Shown here: positions 48,227 to 62,718 of the stretch, piece by piece
How the letters are laid out: each line of letters begins with the position of its first letter
Position numbering within the stretch: position 1 is the first letter of the stretch
Origin: an uncultured Pelagibacteraceae bacterium
GTDB lineage: Bacteria; Pseudomonadota; Alphaproteobacteria; Pelagibacterales; Pelagibacteraceae
Direction: 5' to 3'
Assembly: GCA_902616645.1 (NCBI GenBank)
Contig: CACMTO010000004.1
Location: 25,889-89,888 of the forward strand
Length of the DNA: 64,000 bases
Position numbers and translations under genes: made by a program
Notes under the pieces: generated by a model
The model's input: only the letters and a program-made list of their open reading frames with translations
What the model was told of the DNA's origin: nothing
The model's database searches: none

Positions 48227-48577
48227 ATGGATAAAATTTCAGATCTAAAAAAAATAATAATCAATACTCTTGATATCAACAAAGCACAAAATATTGTAAG
48301 TATTGATTTAAAAGACAAAAGTTCAATGGCTGATTTTATGATTATTGCAAGTGGTACATCCTCGAGGCATATTCAGTCATTATCTGAACAGGTCTTGGAA
48401 AAACTGAGAGATAACGGCGTAGAAAATCCAAAAATTGAAGGTAAGGAAAGTAGTGAATGGAAATTAGTAGATGGAATTGATTTGATTGTTCATATTTTTC
48501 ATCCAGAAAAAAGAAAGTTCTACGAGCTTGAAAAAATGTGGTCTGAATTAATCCCTAAAGAAAAATTAATTATATGA
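48227..48577 (+). CDS. rsfS: Ribosome silencing factor
   Basis: KA..I..ID, IIASGTSSRH, W.LVD, VHIF..E.R.FY.LEKMW. Confidence 0.95.
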   Translation: MDKISDLKKIIINTLDINKAQNIVSIDLKDKSSMADFMIIASGTSSRHIQSLSEQVLEKLRDNGVENPKIEGKESSEWKLVDGIDLIVHIFHPEKRKFYELEKMWSELIPKEKLII

Positions 48578-49713
48578 TTAGAAATAAAAATTTTATTTTT
48601 TTTTTATTATTTAATATTATTTTATGCCGAGATGTTTTTTCATTAGAAAATAGTATTTACAAAAAAATTGATTTATTTGGGGAAGTTCTTGAAAAAATAA
48701 ATAAAGAATATGTAGACGAAATTAATCAAGCAGAAAGTATGGATTCTGCCATCAACGGTCTTCTTCAATCTTTAGATCCCTACTCAGCATATATGTCACC
48801 TGAATCATTTAATGACATGCAAACTGAGACAAGTGGTGAATTTGGCGGACTTGGTATTGAGGTTAGTATGGAGTCTGGAGTTGTAAAAGTAATATCTCCT
48901 ATAGATGATACACCTGCTTCTAGAGCTGGTATTAAAGCTGGTGATTATATAGTAAAAATAAATGACATACAGGTACAAGGGAAATCCTTAAGTGAGGCGG
49001 TAGATTTAATGAGAGGTCCAGTTGGGTCTGGTATTGACCTTACAATTAGACGAAGTGGGGAAAAAAAAGCACTCACATTTAATATAATTAGAGAAATCAT
49101 TCAGATAAAATCGGTTAAGGCTGAGCTATTAGAGAGTAATATTGGATATATAAGACTAACCTCATTTAATGAAAATAGTGGTAAGCAAATCAAACAAGAA
49201 ATTCAAAGTTTTGAAAAAAATAAAAATGTAAAATCATATATACTAGATTTAAGAAATAACCCTGGAGGTCTTCTCTCACAGGCTGTAAAAATTTCTGATT
49301 TCTTTTTAAACAATGGTGAAATTGTCTCTACAAAAAGTAGGAAACAAGCAGAAAACAGAAAATACTTTGCTAAAAAAGGTGATATTACAAATGGTAAGAC
49401 TTTGATTGTTTTAATTAATTATGGATCTGCCTCTGCATCCGAAATTGTTGCTGGAGCATTGAAAGATCATAAAAGAGCTATATTGCTAGGTGAAAACAGT
49501 TATGGGAAAGGTTCAGTCCAATCCATAATACCCTTAAAAAATGATGGCGCAATTAGATTAACTGTTGCAAAATATTATCTTCCTTCAGGAAAATCAATTT
49601 CTGAAGTTGGTGTTTCACCAGATATAGAGATTAATGAAGAAGATGATGATTTCAAAATTAAAACAGAAACTGATAATCAATTAAATTACGCTATTAAACT
49701 TCTCAACGGTTAA
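48574..49713 (+). CDS. ctpA: Carboxy-terminal processing protease (S41, PDZ domain)
   Basis: LDPYS, FGGLGIE, DLRNNPGG, SASASEI, GKGSVQ. Confidence 0.94.
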   Translation: MIRNKNFIFFLLFNIILCRDVFSLENSIYKKIDLFGEVLEKINKEYVDEINQAESMDSAINGLLQSLDPYSAYMSPESFNDMQTETSGEFGGLGIEVSMESGVVKVISPIDDTPASRAGIKAGDYIVKINDIQVQGKSLSEAVDLMRGPVGSGIDLTIRRSGEKKALTFNIIREIIQIKSVKAELLESNIGYIRLTSFNENSGKQIKQEIQSFEKNKNVKSYILDLRNNPGGLLSQAVKISDFFLNNGEIVSTKSRKQAENRKYFAKKGDITNGKTLIVLINYGSASASEIVAGALKDHKRAILLGENSYGKGSVQSIIPLKNDGAIRLTVAKYYLPSGKSISEVGVSPDIEINEEDDDFKIKTETDNQLNYAIKLLNG

Positions 49714-49714
49714 A

Positions 49715-50191
49715 ATGAAAAAAGATTTTAAGAATCTGCCTTTAAGAAAAGGGGTAGGTATAATTTTATTAAATAAGGAGAATAAAGTTTTTGTAGCAAA
49801 AAGAATTGATAATCCAGCAAATTTTTGGCAGATGCCTCAAGGCGGAATAGATGATGGAGAAGACTACTTATCTGCAGCATTTAGGGAATTAGAGGAAGAG
49901 ACAAGTATTAAAGAAGTAGAATTGATAAAAGAGATAGATGAAACACTCACCTATGAATTACCAAAACATTTACTTGGGATAATATGGAAAGGAAAGTACA
50001 AAGGTCAAAAACAAAAATGGTTCGTTATGAGGTATTTAGGAACTGATGATAAAATAAATATTAATACACGCAAACCAGAATTTTTGGATTGGAAATGGAT
50101 AGAGTCAGAAATGATAACCGAAGTAGTGGTAGATTTTAAACTTGAAGTTTATAAAAAATTAAAATTTCAAATCAAAAAAATAATTAATTAA
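49715..50191 (+). CDS. rppH: RNA pyrophosphohydrolase (Nudix)
   Basis: WQMPQGGID.GE....AAFRELEEE, GQKQKWF, PEF..W. Confidence 0.93.
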   Translation: MKKDFKNLPLRKGVGIILLNKENKVFVAKRIDNPANFWQMPQGGIDDGEDYLSAAFRELEEETSIKEVELIKEIDETLTYELPKHLLGIIWKGKYKGQKQKWFVMRYLGTDDKININTRKPEFLDWKWIESEMITEVVVDFKLEVYKKLKFQIKKIIN

Positions 50192-50575
50192 TAGATTTTA
50201 AAACTTCAATTTTTTGGTCTATGAGATACCTTGATTGATCATTTACACCCTCTTTTCCAGTATCTTCTTCGGCTACTTTTAATAATTCTTGTATTTTGCT
50301 CTTTTCTAAATCTTTAAGACTTATTATCGAACTAGTCAGAACAGATAAATTATTATTTTTGAACTCTAAGATTCCATCCTCTATATAATACTTATTCTCA
50401 CCAGATTTTGAGTAAACTTTTATTATACCTGGTTTTAAGAATGAAATAATTGAAATATGATCTTTCAAAATTCCCATTTCACCTTCTAATGCTGGAACAA
50501 CAACTTCCGTTACGTCCTCTTTATTCAAAAATGACTTGTCTGGATTAATAATTTCTAGATTAAATTCTTCACTCA

Positions 50576-50576
<1 letters not shown>
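50184..50576 (-). CDS. atpC: ATP synthase F1 epsilon subunit
   Basis: LEIINP, EGEMGIL..H, LKPG; operon position. Confidence 0.93.
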
Positions 50577-52869
<2,293 letters not shown>

Positions 52870-52876
52870 AAATTTA

Positions 52877-54412
52877 TCAAGATTTAAAATTTTTTTTCAA
52901 ATTAGTTATTACCTCTACTAAAATTTTTTCAGAATTTTCCTCGAGTTTACCCGAACTTAAGATAGAGTCTATTATTTCTGGTTTATCAGATTTACATCTT
53001 TCAATAATTTTGCTCTCAAAATCTGAAATATCTTTTAAATCAATATCATCTAAATATCCTTTTACACCACAAAAAACTGAAATTACTTGCTCTGCAACTG
53101 TCATTGGGGTGTATTGTTTTTGTTTGAGAAGTTCTGTCAATTTTGATCCTCTATTTAAAAGCTGTTGTGTTGAAGCGTCTAAGTCAGAACCAAATTGGGC
53201 AAATGCAGCCATCTCTCTATATTGAGCTAATTCAAGTTTCATAGAACCTGAAACTTTTTTCATAGCTTTTGTTTGAGCGGCAGATCCAACTCGAGATACT
53301 GATAATCCAACATTAATTGCAGGTCTAATACCCTGATTAAATAACTCAGTTTCTAAAAAAATTTGTCCATCAGTAATTGAAATAACATTTGTAGGAATAT
53401 AAGCAGATACGTCCCCACCTTGTGTTTCAATTATTGGAAGAGCTGTTAAAGAACCTCCTCCATGTTCATCACTTAATTTAGCTGCCCTCTCAAGCAATCT
53501 GCTATGAAGATAAAAAACATCACCTGGATATGCTTCTCTTCCTGGGGGTCTTCTAAGTATCAATGACATTTGTCTATAAGCCACTGCTTGTTTTGATAAA
53601 TCATCATAAATAATTAAAGCATGCATTCCGTTATCCCTAAAATATTCACCCATGGCGCATCCAGTATATGGCGCTAAAAACTGTAATGGAGCTGAGTCAG
53701 ATGCTGTTGCAGCAACTATAGTTGTGTATTCCATCGCTCCAGCCTCTTCCAGTGTTTTTTGAATTTGTCTAACAGTTGATCTTTTTTGTCCAACAGCTAC
53801 GTATATGCAATAAAGTTTTTGTTTCTCATCTCCACTCTCATTAATTTTTTTTTGATTTATGATTGCATCTATTGCAACTGCTGTTTTACCAGTCTGTCTG
53901 TCACCGATGATTAATTCCCTTTGTCCTCTGCCAATTGGCACTAAACTGTCAATCGATTTTAAACCTGTCTGCATTGGCTCACTTACAGATTGTCTTGGGA
54001 TTATCCCCGGAGCTTTTACTTCTACCCTACTTTTTTTAATTCCCTTATCTAAAACACCTTTTCCATCTATAGGATTACCTAATCCGTCAACAACTCTTCC
54101 TAATAATTCTTTACCAACTGGGGTATCAACTATACTCCCTGTTCTTTTAACAACATCACCTTCTTTAATATTTCTATCATCTCCAAAAATTACAACTCCA
54201 ACATTTTCACTCTCTAAATTTAAAGCCATGCCTTTAGAGCCATCGGAAAATTCAACCATTTCTCCTGCTTGAACATTATCTAAACCATAAATACGGGCTA
54301 TACCATCACCTACAGATAAAACTTGTCCTACTTCGGAGATTTCAGCTTTTTCACCAAAATTTTTAATTTGCTCTTTTAAAATTTTTGTTACCTCTGAAGG
54401 ATTAATTTCCAT
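52877..54412 (-). CDS. atpA: ATP synthase F1 alpha subunit
   Basis: [29 protein letters not shown]. Confidence 0.99.
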   Translation of the reverse strand: MEINPSEVTKILKEQIKNFGEKAEISEVGQVLSVGDGIARIYGLDNVQAGEMVEFSDGSKGMALNLESENVGVVIFGDDRNIKEGDVVKRTGSIVDTPVGKELLGRVVDGLGNPIDGKGVLDKGIKKSRVEVKAPGIIPRQSVSEPMQTGLKSIDSLVPIGRGQRELIIGDRQTGKTAVAIDAIINQKKINESGDEKQKLYCIYVAVGQKRSTVRQIQKTLEEAGAMEYTTIVAATASDSAPLQFLAPYTGCAMGEYFRDNGMHALIIYDDLSKQAVAYRQMSLILRRPPGREAYPGDVFYLHSRLLERAAKLSDEHGGGSLTALPIIETQGGDVSAYIPTNVISITDGQIFLETELFNQGIRPAINVGLSVSRVGSAAQTKAMKKVSGSMKLELAQYREMAAFAQFGSDLDASTQQLLNRGSKLTELLKQKQYTPMTVAEQVISVFCGVKGYLDDIDLKDISDFESKIIERCKSDKPEIIDSILSSGKLEENSEKILVEVITNLKKNFKS

Positions 54413-54413
54413 G

Positions 54414-54971
54414 TTATGCCTCTATCATTCTATTTTCAATTTGTTGTAATTTATTTTTTATAGAGGTGTCAATCATTGTACTTCCTACTTGCACAACTAA
54501 ACCTCCAATTAAACTTTTGTCATGATTATAGTTTAATTTTATTTTTGATTTAAAAGTATTAGATAATTCTTCTGTAATTTTATTGATTTCTTGCTGAGAT
54601 AGATTTTTAGCCGATTTGATTTCTGCTTTTAACTCTCCCTTTTTTTCAGAACAAATTTCATTAAAACTAATTAGTATTTGCTTAATAAAAAAAAATCTTC
54701 TTTTTAGAATTAAAAAATTTAAAAAATTTTTGAACAAAATTTCTAAATTAAACTCTTCAGATATTTTATTCATAATTTTTTTTAAAATTTCTTGACTTAG
54801 TGTAGGATTTTTAATCAAATCTTTAAAGTCTTTACTGTTCGATATTAGTATTAAAAAACTGTTCGAATTTTCTTCAATTTTGTTAATCACATTAGACTCA
54901 GCTGCAAGCTCATATAAAGCTAAAGAATATCTATTAGCAGATGTGTCAGAAAATTCCTTATTTTTGCTCAA
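54414..54971 (-). CDS. atpH: ATP synthase delta subunit (TTG start)
   Basis: [22 protein letters not shown]; SD-like AAGGT. Confidence 0.94.
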   Translation of the reverse strand: MSKNKEFSDTSANRYSLALYELAAESNVINKIEENSNSFLILISNSKDFKDLIKNPTLSQEILKKIMNKISEEFNLEILFKNFLNFLILKRRFFFIKQILISFNEICSEKKGELKAEIKSAKNLSQQEINKITEELSNTFKSKIKLNYNHDKSLIGGLVVQVGSTMIDTSIKNKLQQIENRMIEA

Positions 54972-55080
54972 TTTATTACCTTTAAATGTCTATGATTAAT
55001 TTTTAAAATCACGATTTAATTAACATATGCAATTATAGTCTTCAAGTAACACATTAGCTAAAAATTGTTTTTTTTACGCT

Positions 55081-57036
55081 TTAATTGAAGCTTATTGGAT
55101 CAACATCAACTGAAAGTTTTATTCCAGACAGGAATTTAAATTTTGGAATAATTATAGCTAATGCATTTTGTAATTTTAGAGTTTTTGGTCCTCTAATCAA
55201 TAATCTTATACGAAATTTTTTCTTTAATCTAAAAATTGGTGCACTCACTGGGCCCAAAATTTTTCCATTAATCTTATTTTCAATAAAACCTTTAAAACGT
55301 ATAGCTTCTTTCTCTAATTTATTTTCATTTTCTCCAGTTAAAATTAGAGATATAAATCTTTGAAATGGTGGTAGATTGTTTCGTTTCCTAATTTCTATTT
55401 CTTTATCTAAAAATATATTAGGATCTTCGTTTGTAATATCAGAAATCATTTTTGTGTTAGTGTTGTAAGTTTGAAAATAAACAGTAGAAGGCTGACCTGT
55501 TCGTCCTGCTCTTCCAGATAATTGATGATATAGTTGTAAATTTTTTTCTGCAATCCTTAAGTCATGTCCATGAGATGATAAATCAATATCAACAACAACA
55601 ATACAATTTAAATTAGGAAAATGAAATCCTTTTGAAATTAGTTGAGTTCCAATCAAAATATCAATCTTGTTATTTATTATTTTTTCAAGTTTTTCTCGTG
55701 AACTTTTTTTATTCATTGTATCACTTGAAAAAATTTCAATTTTTTTTGATGGAAAATTTTTATTAACTTCCTCCGAAATTCTTTCTACCCCAGGTCCACT
55801 AAATATAAATTGACAATTTCCCTCTTTTACACAAATTCTATTTAAAGAAGTTTTAAATCCACAATAATGACAAAGTAAGTAATCCTTATTTCTATGATAA
55901 ACTAGATTTATTGAACAATTAGGACAAGAAAATTTATTTAAACACCTTTTACAAAAAACATTCGGTGAAAATCCTCTTCTATTTAAAAAAAATAAAACCT
56001 GATTTTTTTTCTCTAAATGGTAATTAACTTTTTGGATAACTTCATTAGATAGCCAAGATTGTTTTTTTAGTTTTACTTTGTTCATATTTATAATTTCGTA
56101 ATTCGGTAATGACGCATTTTGAAATCTTTTTTTTAGTTTAGAAATCTTATATTTTTTTTTTTTAATATTCTCATAAGTTTCAACTGATGGAACTGCTGTA
56201 ATTAAATTTACAGGAATATTTTCAAACAAGGCTCTAGATATTGCCATATCTCTTGCATTATAAATTATCCCTTCATCTTGTTTGTATGATTGATCATGCT
56301 CTTCATCGACGATAATTAGTCCTAAATTTTTAAAGGGTAAAAATAAAGATGACCTTGCACCGATTACAACTTTAATTTTTTTAGAAATTATTCCACTCCA
56401 AATTATTTCTTTATTTTTTTTAGTAACTCCTGAATGCCAGATTGCTGGCTTAAAACCAAAGAATTCAATAAATTTATTTTCAAATTGACTTGTTAAACCT
56501 ATTTCAGGAAGTAAAATCAAACCTTGAAAGTTTTTTTCTAATATTTTTTTTAAAGCTTCAAAATAAACTATTGTTTTACCTGACCCAGTCGTGCCTTGCA
56601 AAACGTGAACATTAAATTTTTTATTTGAGAGATTTATTTCATCTAAAGCTTTTTTTTGCTCTAATGTTAATTTAATTGAGTTTTTTTTAATTTTTAAATC
56701 AAAATTTTGATAAAATTTTTCCTCTAAGAGTCCTACTGGTTTACCACTTAATAATACTAACTTTAAAGCCATTCCTTTTGGCACAATGTTGTAATTAGAA
56801 AACCAATTTAAAAATTTCAATGTGTCTTTTTTCAGACTTGGAATATCTAGTTTCTTAATTATTTTTTTGATTTTAAAATCTTTACTATTTTTTTTTTCAA
56901 ATTCATTCCATACAACGCCAATTGATTTGGATTTACCAAAAGGAACTTCTACAAAATCTCCAATTCGTAATTTAAGATTACTTTCATAGGTAAATGGATA
57001 GTTAAATATATTAGGTATAAGAATCGGAAATTTCAT
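55081..57036 (-). CDS. priA: Primosomal helicase PriA
   Basis: GTTGSGKT, GARS, DEEH..SYKQ, NRRG, Cys cluster, KGFHFP, GRAGR, DVDP. Confidence 0.96.
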   Translation of the reverse strand: MKFPILIPNIFNYPFTYESNLKLRIGDFVEVPFGKSKSIGVVWNEFEKKNSKDFKIKKIIKKLDIPSLKKDTLKFLNWFSNYNIVPKGMALKLVLLSGKPVGLLEEKFYQNFDLKIKKNSIKLTLEQKKALDEINLSNKKFNVHVLQGTTGSGKTIVYFEALKKILEKNFQGLILLPEIGLTSQFENKFIEFFGFKPAIWHSGVTKKNKEIIWSGIISKKIKVVIGARSSLFLPFKNLGLIIVDEEHDQSYKQDEGIIYNARDMAISRALFENIPVNLITAVPSVETYENIKKKKYKISKLKKRFQNASLPNYEIINMNKVKLKKQSWLSNEVIQKVNYHLEKKNQVLFFLNRRGFSPNVFCKRCLNKFSCPNCSINLVYHRNKDYLLCHYCGFKTSLNRICVKEGNCQFIFSGPGVERISEEVNKNFPSKKIEIFSSDTMNKKSSREKLEKIINNKIDILIGTQLISKGFHFPNLNCIVVVDIDLSSHGHDLRIAEKNLQLYHQLSGRAGRTGQPSTVYFQTYNTNTKMISDITNEDPNIFLDKEIEIRKRNNLPPFQRFISLILTGENENKLEKEAIRFKGFIENKINGKILGPVSAPIFRLKKKFRIRLLIRGPKTLKLQNALAIIIPKFKFLSGIKLSVDVDPISFN

Positions 57037-57077
57037 TTTTTGGATATTAAGATATACTTAAAGATACTGGAATATAC

Positions 57078-58478
57078 TTAAGAATGTATTGCTCTCTTAT
57101 CAACAGATAGTGCTGCTTCTTTGACAGCTTCAGAAAAAGTAGGGTGAGCATGACAAGTTCTAGCAATATCTTCTGAACTTGCGCCAAATTCCATTGCAAT
57201 ACCGATTTCAGCAATTAATTCTCCAGCATGAGGACCTATCAAATGAGCCCCTAAAACCTTGTCAGTTGTCTTGTCTGCTAAAATTTTTACAAAACCTTCA
57301 GCATCATCTATAGCTTTTGCTCTGGAATTAGCCATAAATGAAAATTTACCAACCTTATATTGAATATTTTTTTCTTTAAGTTGTTCCTCGGTTTTTCCAA
57401 TCGATGCAACTTCTGGCGTTGTATAAATAACTCCAGGTATAGTATCATAATTTACATGACCAGATTGGCCTACAATATTTTCTGCAACAGCTATTCCTTC
57501 ATCCTCTGCTTTGTGTGCGAGCATCGGTCCTGATATAACGTCTCCAATCGCATAAATGTTTTCTAAATTTGTTTGAAAACTTGCATTGGTTTTAACCCTC
57601 TTCTTTTCATCAAGTTCAATACCAATTTTTTCTAAATTTAAACCATTGGTATTTGGTTTTCTTCCAACAGAAATCAATACAATGTCACATTCAAAATTTT
57701 TTTTATTTCCACTCTTATCAGATGTTGAAACAACTGCACCTTTGTTATTTTTTTGAACATTCTCAACTTTATGCTCTAAGTGAAAGTTAATACCCTGTTT
57801 TTTTAAAATTTTCATAAATTCCTGTGCAATTTCTTTATCCATTCCTGGAGTTATATGATCTAAAAACTCAACAACATGTACTTCTGCTCCAAGTCGAGAC
57901 CAAACAGATCCCATTTCTAATCCAATATAGCCCCCGCCAACAACAACCATTTTTTTTGGTACTTTTTCTAAATTTAACGCTCCAGTTGATGAAACAATCA
58001 CTTTTTCATCAAATTGAATATTTGGTAGGGATAATGGAAGAGAACCAGTAGCAATTACAACTTTTTCTGCATTAATAATTGTCTCTTTATTGTTATTATC
58101 TTTGACTAAAATTTCATTATTTGACTTGAAACTACCAATTCCTTTAAAATATTTTACCTTATTTTTTTTTAATAAAAATTCCACACCTTTAGTGAGCACT
58201 GTCACTGCTTTTTCTTTACTTTTCATCATCTTTGTTAAATTTAATTTGACTTCACCTACCTCAATACCCTTATTTGATAAATTCTTAACTTTATGAAATT
58301 CTTCTGATAAGTTAAGTAAACTTTTTGATGGGATACATCCAATATTCAAACACGTCCCTCCGAGTGAACCCCTTGACTCTATACATGCAGTCTTAAGACC
58401 TAATTGTGCAAGTCTGATAGCACAGACATATCCTCCAGGACCTCCACCAATAACAACTGCTTGAAATTTCTCTGACAT
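57078..58478 (-). CDS. lpdA: Dihydrolipoamide dehydrogenase (E3)
   Basis: GGGPGG, GGTCLNIGCIPSK, MLAHKA, HAHPT.SE. Confidence 0.98.
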   Translation of the reverse strand: MSEKFQAVVIGGGPGGYVCAIRLAQLGLKTACIESRGSLGGTCLNIGCIPSKSLLNLSEEFHKVKNLSNKGIEVGEVKLNLTKMMKSKEKAVTVLTKGVEFLLKKNKVKYFKGIGSFKSNNEILVKDNNNKETIINAEKVVIATGSLPLSLPNIQFDEKVIVSSTGALNLEKVPKKMVVVGGGYIGLEMGSVWSRLGAEVHVVEFLDHITPGMDKEIAQEFMKILKKQGINFHLEHKVENVQKNNKGAVVSTSDKSGNKKNFECDIVLISVGRKPNTNGLNLEKIGIELDEKKRVKTNASFQTNLENIYAIGDVISGPMLAHKAEDEGIAVAENIVGQSGHVNYDTIPGVIYTTPEVASIGKTEEQLKEKNIQYKVGKFSFMANSRAKAIDDAEGFVKILADKTTDKVLGAHLIGPHAGELIAEIGIAMEFGASSEDIARTCHAHPTFSEAVKEAALSVDKRAIHS

Positions 58479-59807
58479 CTATATATCTAAAAATAATCTT
58501 CTTGGTTCTTCTAAATTTTCTTTTATCATTTTTAAAAATGAAACCGACTCTTTACCATCAATAATCCTATGATCATATGATAAGGCAAGATACATGATAG
58601 GCCTAATTTTAATTTCACCATTAACTACTATTGGTCTGTCAACAATATTATGCATTCCTAATACTCCTGACTGAGGTAAGTTTAATATTGGTGTAGAAAG
58701 CATAGAACCATAAACACCTCCATTACTAATTGTAAATGTCCCACCTTGTAAGTCCTCAATTGTAAGTTTACCTTCTTTTGCCTTTTCTGAGATTTTTTTG
58801 ATATTTTTTTCTATATCTGCAAAAGATAATTCATCAGCATTTTTAAGCACAGGAACTACTAATCCTTTATCTGTACCAACTGCAAAACTAATATTATAAT
58901 AGTTCTTATAAACTATTGAATTTTCTTCAATCTCCGCATTAACAGCTGGATAATTTTTCAAAGCGACTACGCATGCTTTGACAAAAAATGACATAAAACC
59001 AAGTTTTACCCCATATCGATTTTGAAAATCCTCTTGATTTTCTTTTCTCATGTTAATTACATTTGTCATATCAACCTCATTGAAGGTTGTAAGTAAAGCA
59101 GCATTTTCTTGAGCTTGTTTTAATCTTTTAGCAATAGTTTGTCTTAATCTGGTCATTTTAATTCTTTCCTCTTGACCATATTTTATTTTTCTCTCAGAAG
59201 GAGGAGGAGTTGCTCCCATTAAATTAATTAAATCTCCTTTTAAAACTCTTCCGTCTTTTCCAGATCCTTTTATATTTTCAACATCAATTTTATTTTCTGT
59301 AACGATTTTTCTAACCGCAGGAGACAATATTTGCTCTTTTTTTAATTCATCATTATTCTCTTTTATTTCCTTGGTAAGAACTAAAGGCTTCTCCTCTTTT
59401 TCCTTAACACCTTCTTCCTTATCTTCTTCTTTGTCAAATACGTTAAAATCCTCTTGATGTTTTTCCAGCTTAATTACATTATTTTCCTCAATTACTGGAT
59501 CTATATTCTTATTTTCTTCTATCAATGGTTCTATCTCTTTTTTACTCTCAAATTTTTTAATACCTGAGCTATTTTCTGTTACTGAACCCAGTAGTGCTCC
59601 AACTTCGACTGTAGAACCATCTTTTGAATTTATTGAAGTTAAAGTGCCTGAAACTGGTGATGGAACTTCTAAATTTACTTTATCTGTTTCTAATTCTACA
59701 ATTGGCTCATCTGCATCTACAGAGTCTCCTTCATTCTTAAGCCACTTGGATACAGTTGCCTCTGTAATGCTTTCTCCAAGAACAGGAACTAAAATTTTTT
59801 CACTCAT
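58479..59807 (-). CDS. sucB: 2-oxoglutarate dehydrogenase E2
   Basis: Lipoyl motif [28 protein letters not shown]. Confidence 0.97.
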   Translation of the reverse strand: MSEKILVPVLGESITEATVSKWLKNEGDSVDADEPIVELETDKVNLEVPSPVSGTLTSINSKDGSTVEVGALLGSVTENSSGIKKFESKKEIEPLIEENKNIDPVIEENNVIKLEKHQEDFNVFDKEEDKEEGVKEKEEKPLVLTKEIKENNDELKKEQILSPAVRKIVTENKIDVENIKGSGKDGRVLKGDLINLMGATPPPSERKIKYGQEERIKMTRLRQTIAKRLKQAQENAALLTTFNEVDMTNVINMRKENQEDFQNRYGVKLGFMSFFVKACVVALKNYPAVNAEIEENSIVYKNYYNISFAVGTDKGLVVPVLKNADELSFADIEKNIKKISEKAKEGKLTIEDLQGGTFTISNGGVYGSMLSTPILNLPQSGVLGMHNIVDRPIVVNGEIKIRPIMYLALSYDHRIIDGKESVSFLKMIKENLEEPRRLFLDI

Positions 59808-59809
59808 CT

Positions 59810-62683
59810 CTATTCAAAAACCTTATTTATAATTTCTTGTTGTTGAGAAATATGCCTCTTTGCATAGCCTGTTGCAGGAGATGCATCAGGTTTTCTACCT
59901 ATATAAGAAATTAGATTATTATTAGCCTTAATATTATCTAATGTCCATTGGATATAATCTCTAACAGAAAACCATGCGCCCATATTTTTAGGTTCCTCCT
60001 GACACCAATAAAATTTAGCTTTTTTGGCATAAGGCTTAAGTTCTTTTACAAGAGTTTTTGCAGGGAAAGGATATAATTGTTCTATTCTGTAAAATATCAC
60101 ATCATCTCTTTTTAATTTTTCCCTTGCTTCAAGTAAATCAAAATATATTTTACCTGAACACATAATCACTTTTTTAATTTTGTGTGATTTCTTTAATTTA
60201 ATAAAGCCTTTACTTTTTGGATCTATTGCATGATCCCATAAAACTCTATGAAATGAGCTCTTCTTGTTAAAATCTTCTAAATTAGAAATACAATTTTTAT
60301 GTCTTAACAAGGATTTAGGTGTCATTATTATCAAAGGTTTTCTAAAACCTCTATGCATTTGTCTTCTTAAAGCATGAAAATAATTAGCAGGGGTTGTACA
60401 ATTCATTACCTGCATATTGTCATTTGAACACAATTGTAAGAATCTTTCTAATCTCGCAGAAGAATGTTCTGGTCCCTGACCTTCATACCCATGTGGTAAT
60501 AACATAGTTAGACCCGAAGCTCTGGACCACTTTCTCTCTCCTGATGCAATAAATTGATCTATGACCACTTGAGCGCCATTAGCAAAATCTCCAAATTGAG
60601 CCTCCCAAATAGTAAGAGTATTAGGTTCAACTAAACTGTAACCATACTCAAATCCTAAAACAGCCAATTCAGACAAAAAACTGTCCACTATTTCAAAATG
60701 CTTTTGTTTTTTAGAAATATTATTTAAAGGTATATATCTTGAATTATCTAATTGATTTCTTAAAACGGAGTGCCTTTGACTAAATGTTCCTCTTCCAGAG
60801 TCTTGACCAACTAGTCTTACTGGATAACCTTCTTCTAATAGTGACCCGAAAGCTAATGCTTCCGCAGTTGACCAATCAATTTTGCATTCATCAGAAACAG
60901 TTAATTTTCTATTCTCTAGTACTTTTAAAATAGTTTTATGAATATTTAATTCCGGTGGGATCGAATTGATTTTATTAGAAATCTCTTTCAATTTTTTAGT
61001 GTCAAAACCTGTAACTCCCCTTTTATCTTTACCTTTTTCAGGTTTATATCTTGACCAAGTGCCCTCAAACCACTCAATTTTTGGTTTATAATCTTTCGCA
61101 TTTTTAAATTGTTCATCTAATAAATCTTTAAAATTTTTTATGGATTTATTTAAATAATCGTTGGTAATTGAACCTTCATTTATTAAATTTTGTCCATAAA
61201 CTTTAATTGGGGTTGGGTGGGACCTAATTTTTTTATACATTAGTGGTTGAGTAAATGAGGGTTCATCTCCTTCATTATGACCAAATCTCCTATAACAAAT
61301 CAAATCTATTAATACATCTCTATTAAATTTTAATCTAAAATCAGTTGCAATTCTTGCTGCATATACAACAGCTTCTGGGTCGTCACCATTGACGTGAATA
61401 ATTGGGGCTTCAACCATTTTTGCAACATCTGATGGATATGGGGAAGATCTTGCAAACCTAGGGCTAGTAGTGAAACCTATTTGGTTATTAATTATGATGT
61501 GAATTGTTCCTCCAGTATTGTGACCCGGAAGACCAGACATTGCAAAACATTCTGCTACAACCCCTTGTCCCGCAAAAGCTGCGTCACCATGAATTAATAT
61601 TGGTATGACTTTATTTCGTTCTTTATCTTTATGAAAATATTGTTTTGCTCTTGTTTGTCCAAGAACAACTGGGTTTACAGCCTCCAAATGAGATGGGTTA
61701 TCTGTTAATCCAACATGCACTAAATTTCCATCAAAGTCTCTGTCGGACGAAGCGCCCAAGTGATATTTAACATCTCCGGTATCATCCTTAGATTTTGAAC
61801 TTATTTCTCCTGCAAATTCATTAAATATTCTTTTGTAGGATTTTTGCAAAACATTGGCTAATACATTTAGTCTCCCCCTATGAGACATACCAATTTTAAC
61901 CTCTTTTACTTTTGATTGACCACCTATTTTAATAATTTGCTCAAGAGCAGGGATTAGACTTTCAGCTCCATCAAGACCAAATCTTTTTGTTCCTACATAT
62001 TTAGTATGTAAAAATTTTTCAAAACCCTCTGCTTGAATAAGTTTGTTAAGAATTGCTTCTTTTCCATTTTGGGTAAATTTGAAATCATCAGCTTTTTCAA
62101 CTCTATCTCTAAACCACTTTCTCTCTGTTGGATTAGATATATGCATATACTCATAACCTAACGAACCGCAATATTTTTCCCTTAAAAAATTTAATATTTC
62201 TCTTATATTTGAATGTTGTTTATTAATTACTCCATCTAAAAAAATTTCTTTTTCATAATCATCTTTTTTAAATCCATATGACTCAGGATGAAGTTCCTCT
62301 AAATACTCTGATTGCATAAGTCCTAAGGGATCTAATTTTGCTATTAAGTGTCCTCTTTGACGATAAGACCTGATCATAGCAACAGCTTTAATTGAATTTG
62401 CGTTTGCTTCAATAATTTCAGACTTATTTAATTGTTCACTTTTTATATTTTGATTTTGTAATCTATTTATCGTAACTTTTTTAGATGGGCTCCATGATGG
62501 TCCATTAATTTCATTTATAATTTCGTCAAATTCATCTCCAATTTCATGAAAGTATTTTTTCCAACTATCTGGAAGGCTAGGATCGTTATTTACGAATTTT
62601 AAATACATGTCCTCAATGAATGCACTATTAGACTTACTCAAAAAAGCAGTCTTTTCGTAATCAAGATTTTTAAATGAAGACAT
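59810..62683 (-). CDS. sucA: 2-oxoglutarate dehydrogenase E1
   Basis: [36 protein letters not shown]. Confidence 0.98.
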   Translation of the reverse strand: MSSFKNLDYEKTAFLSKSNSAFIEDMYLKFVNNDPSLPDSWKKYFHEIGDEFDEIINEINGPSWSPSKKVTINRLQNQNIKSEQLNKSEIIEANANSIKAVAMIRSYRQRGHLIAKLDPLGLMQSEYLEELHPESYGFKKDDYEKEIFLDGVINKQHSNIREILNFLREKYCGSLGYEYMHISNPTERKWFRDRVEKADDFKFTQNGKEAILNKLIQAEGFEKFLHTKYVGTKRFGLDGAESLIPALEQIIKIGGQSKVKEVKIGMSHRGRLNVLANVLQKSYKRIFNEFAGEISSKSKDDTGDVKYHLGASSDRDFDGNLVHVGLTDNPSHLEAVNPVVLGQTRAKQYFHKDKERNKVIPILIHGDAAFAGQGVVAECFAMSGLPGHNTGGTIHIIINNQIGFTTSPRFARSSPYPSDVAKMVEAPIIHVNGDDPEAVVYAARIATDFRLKFNRDVLIDLICYRRFGHNEGDEPSFTQPLMYKKIRSHPTPIKVYGQNLINEGSITNDYLNKSIKNFKDLLDEQFKNAKDYKPKIEWFEGTWSRYKPEKGKDKRGVTGFDTKKLKEISNKINSIPPELNIHKTILKVLENRKLTVSDECKIDWSTAEALAFGSLLEEGYPVRLVGQDSGRGTFSQRHSVLRNQLDNSRYIPLNNISKKQKHFEIVDSFLSELAVLGFEYGYSLVEPNTLTIWEAQFGDFANGAQVVIDQFIASGERKWSRASGLTMLLPHGYEGQGPEHSSARLERFLQLCSNDNMQVMNCTTPANYFHALRRQMHRGFRKPLIIMTPKSLLRHKNCISNLEDFNKKSSFHRVLWDHAIDPKSKGFIKLKKSHKIKKVIMCSGKIYFDLLEAREKLKRDDVIFYRIEQLYPFPAKTLVKELKPYAKKAKFYWCQEEPKNMGAWFSVRDYIQWTLDNIKANNNLISYIGRKPDASPATGYAKRHISQQQEIINKVFE

Positions 62684-62718
62684 TATTTATGACTAATATA
62701 AGCCTACAAAGAAATTTT

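Noticed and set aside
57047-57061. TTAA-N7-TTAA (CtrA-box-like) upstream of priA
   Set aside because: Many chance matches are expected in 64 kb of such AT-rich DNA, and I recall ctrA being absent from Pelagibacter.
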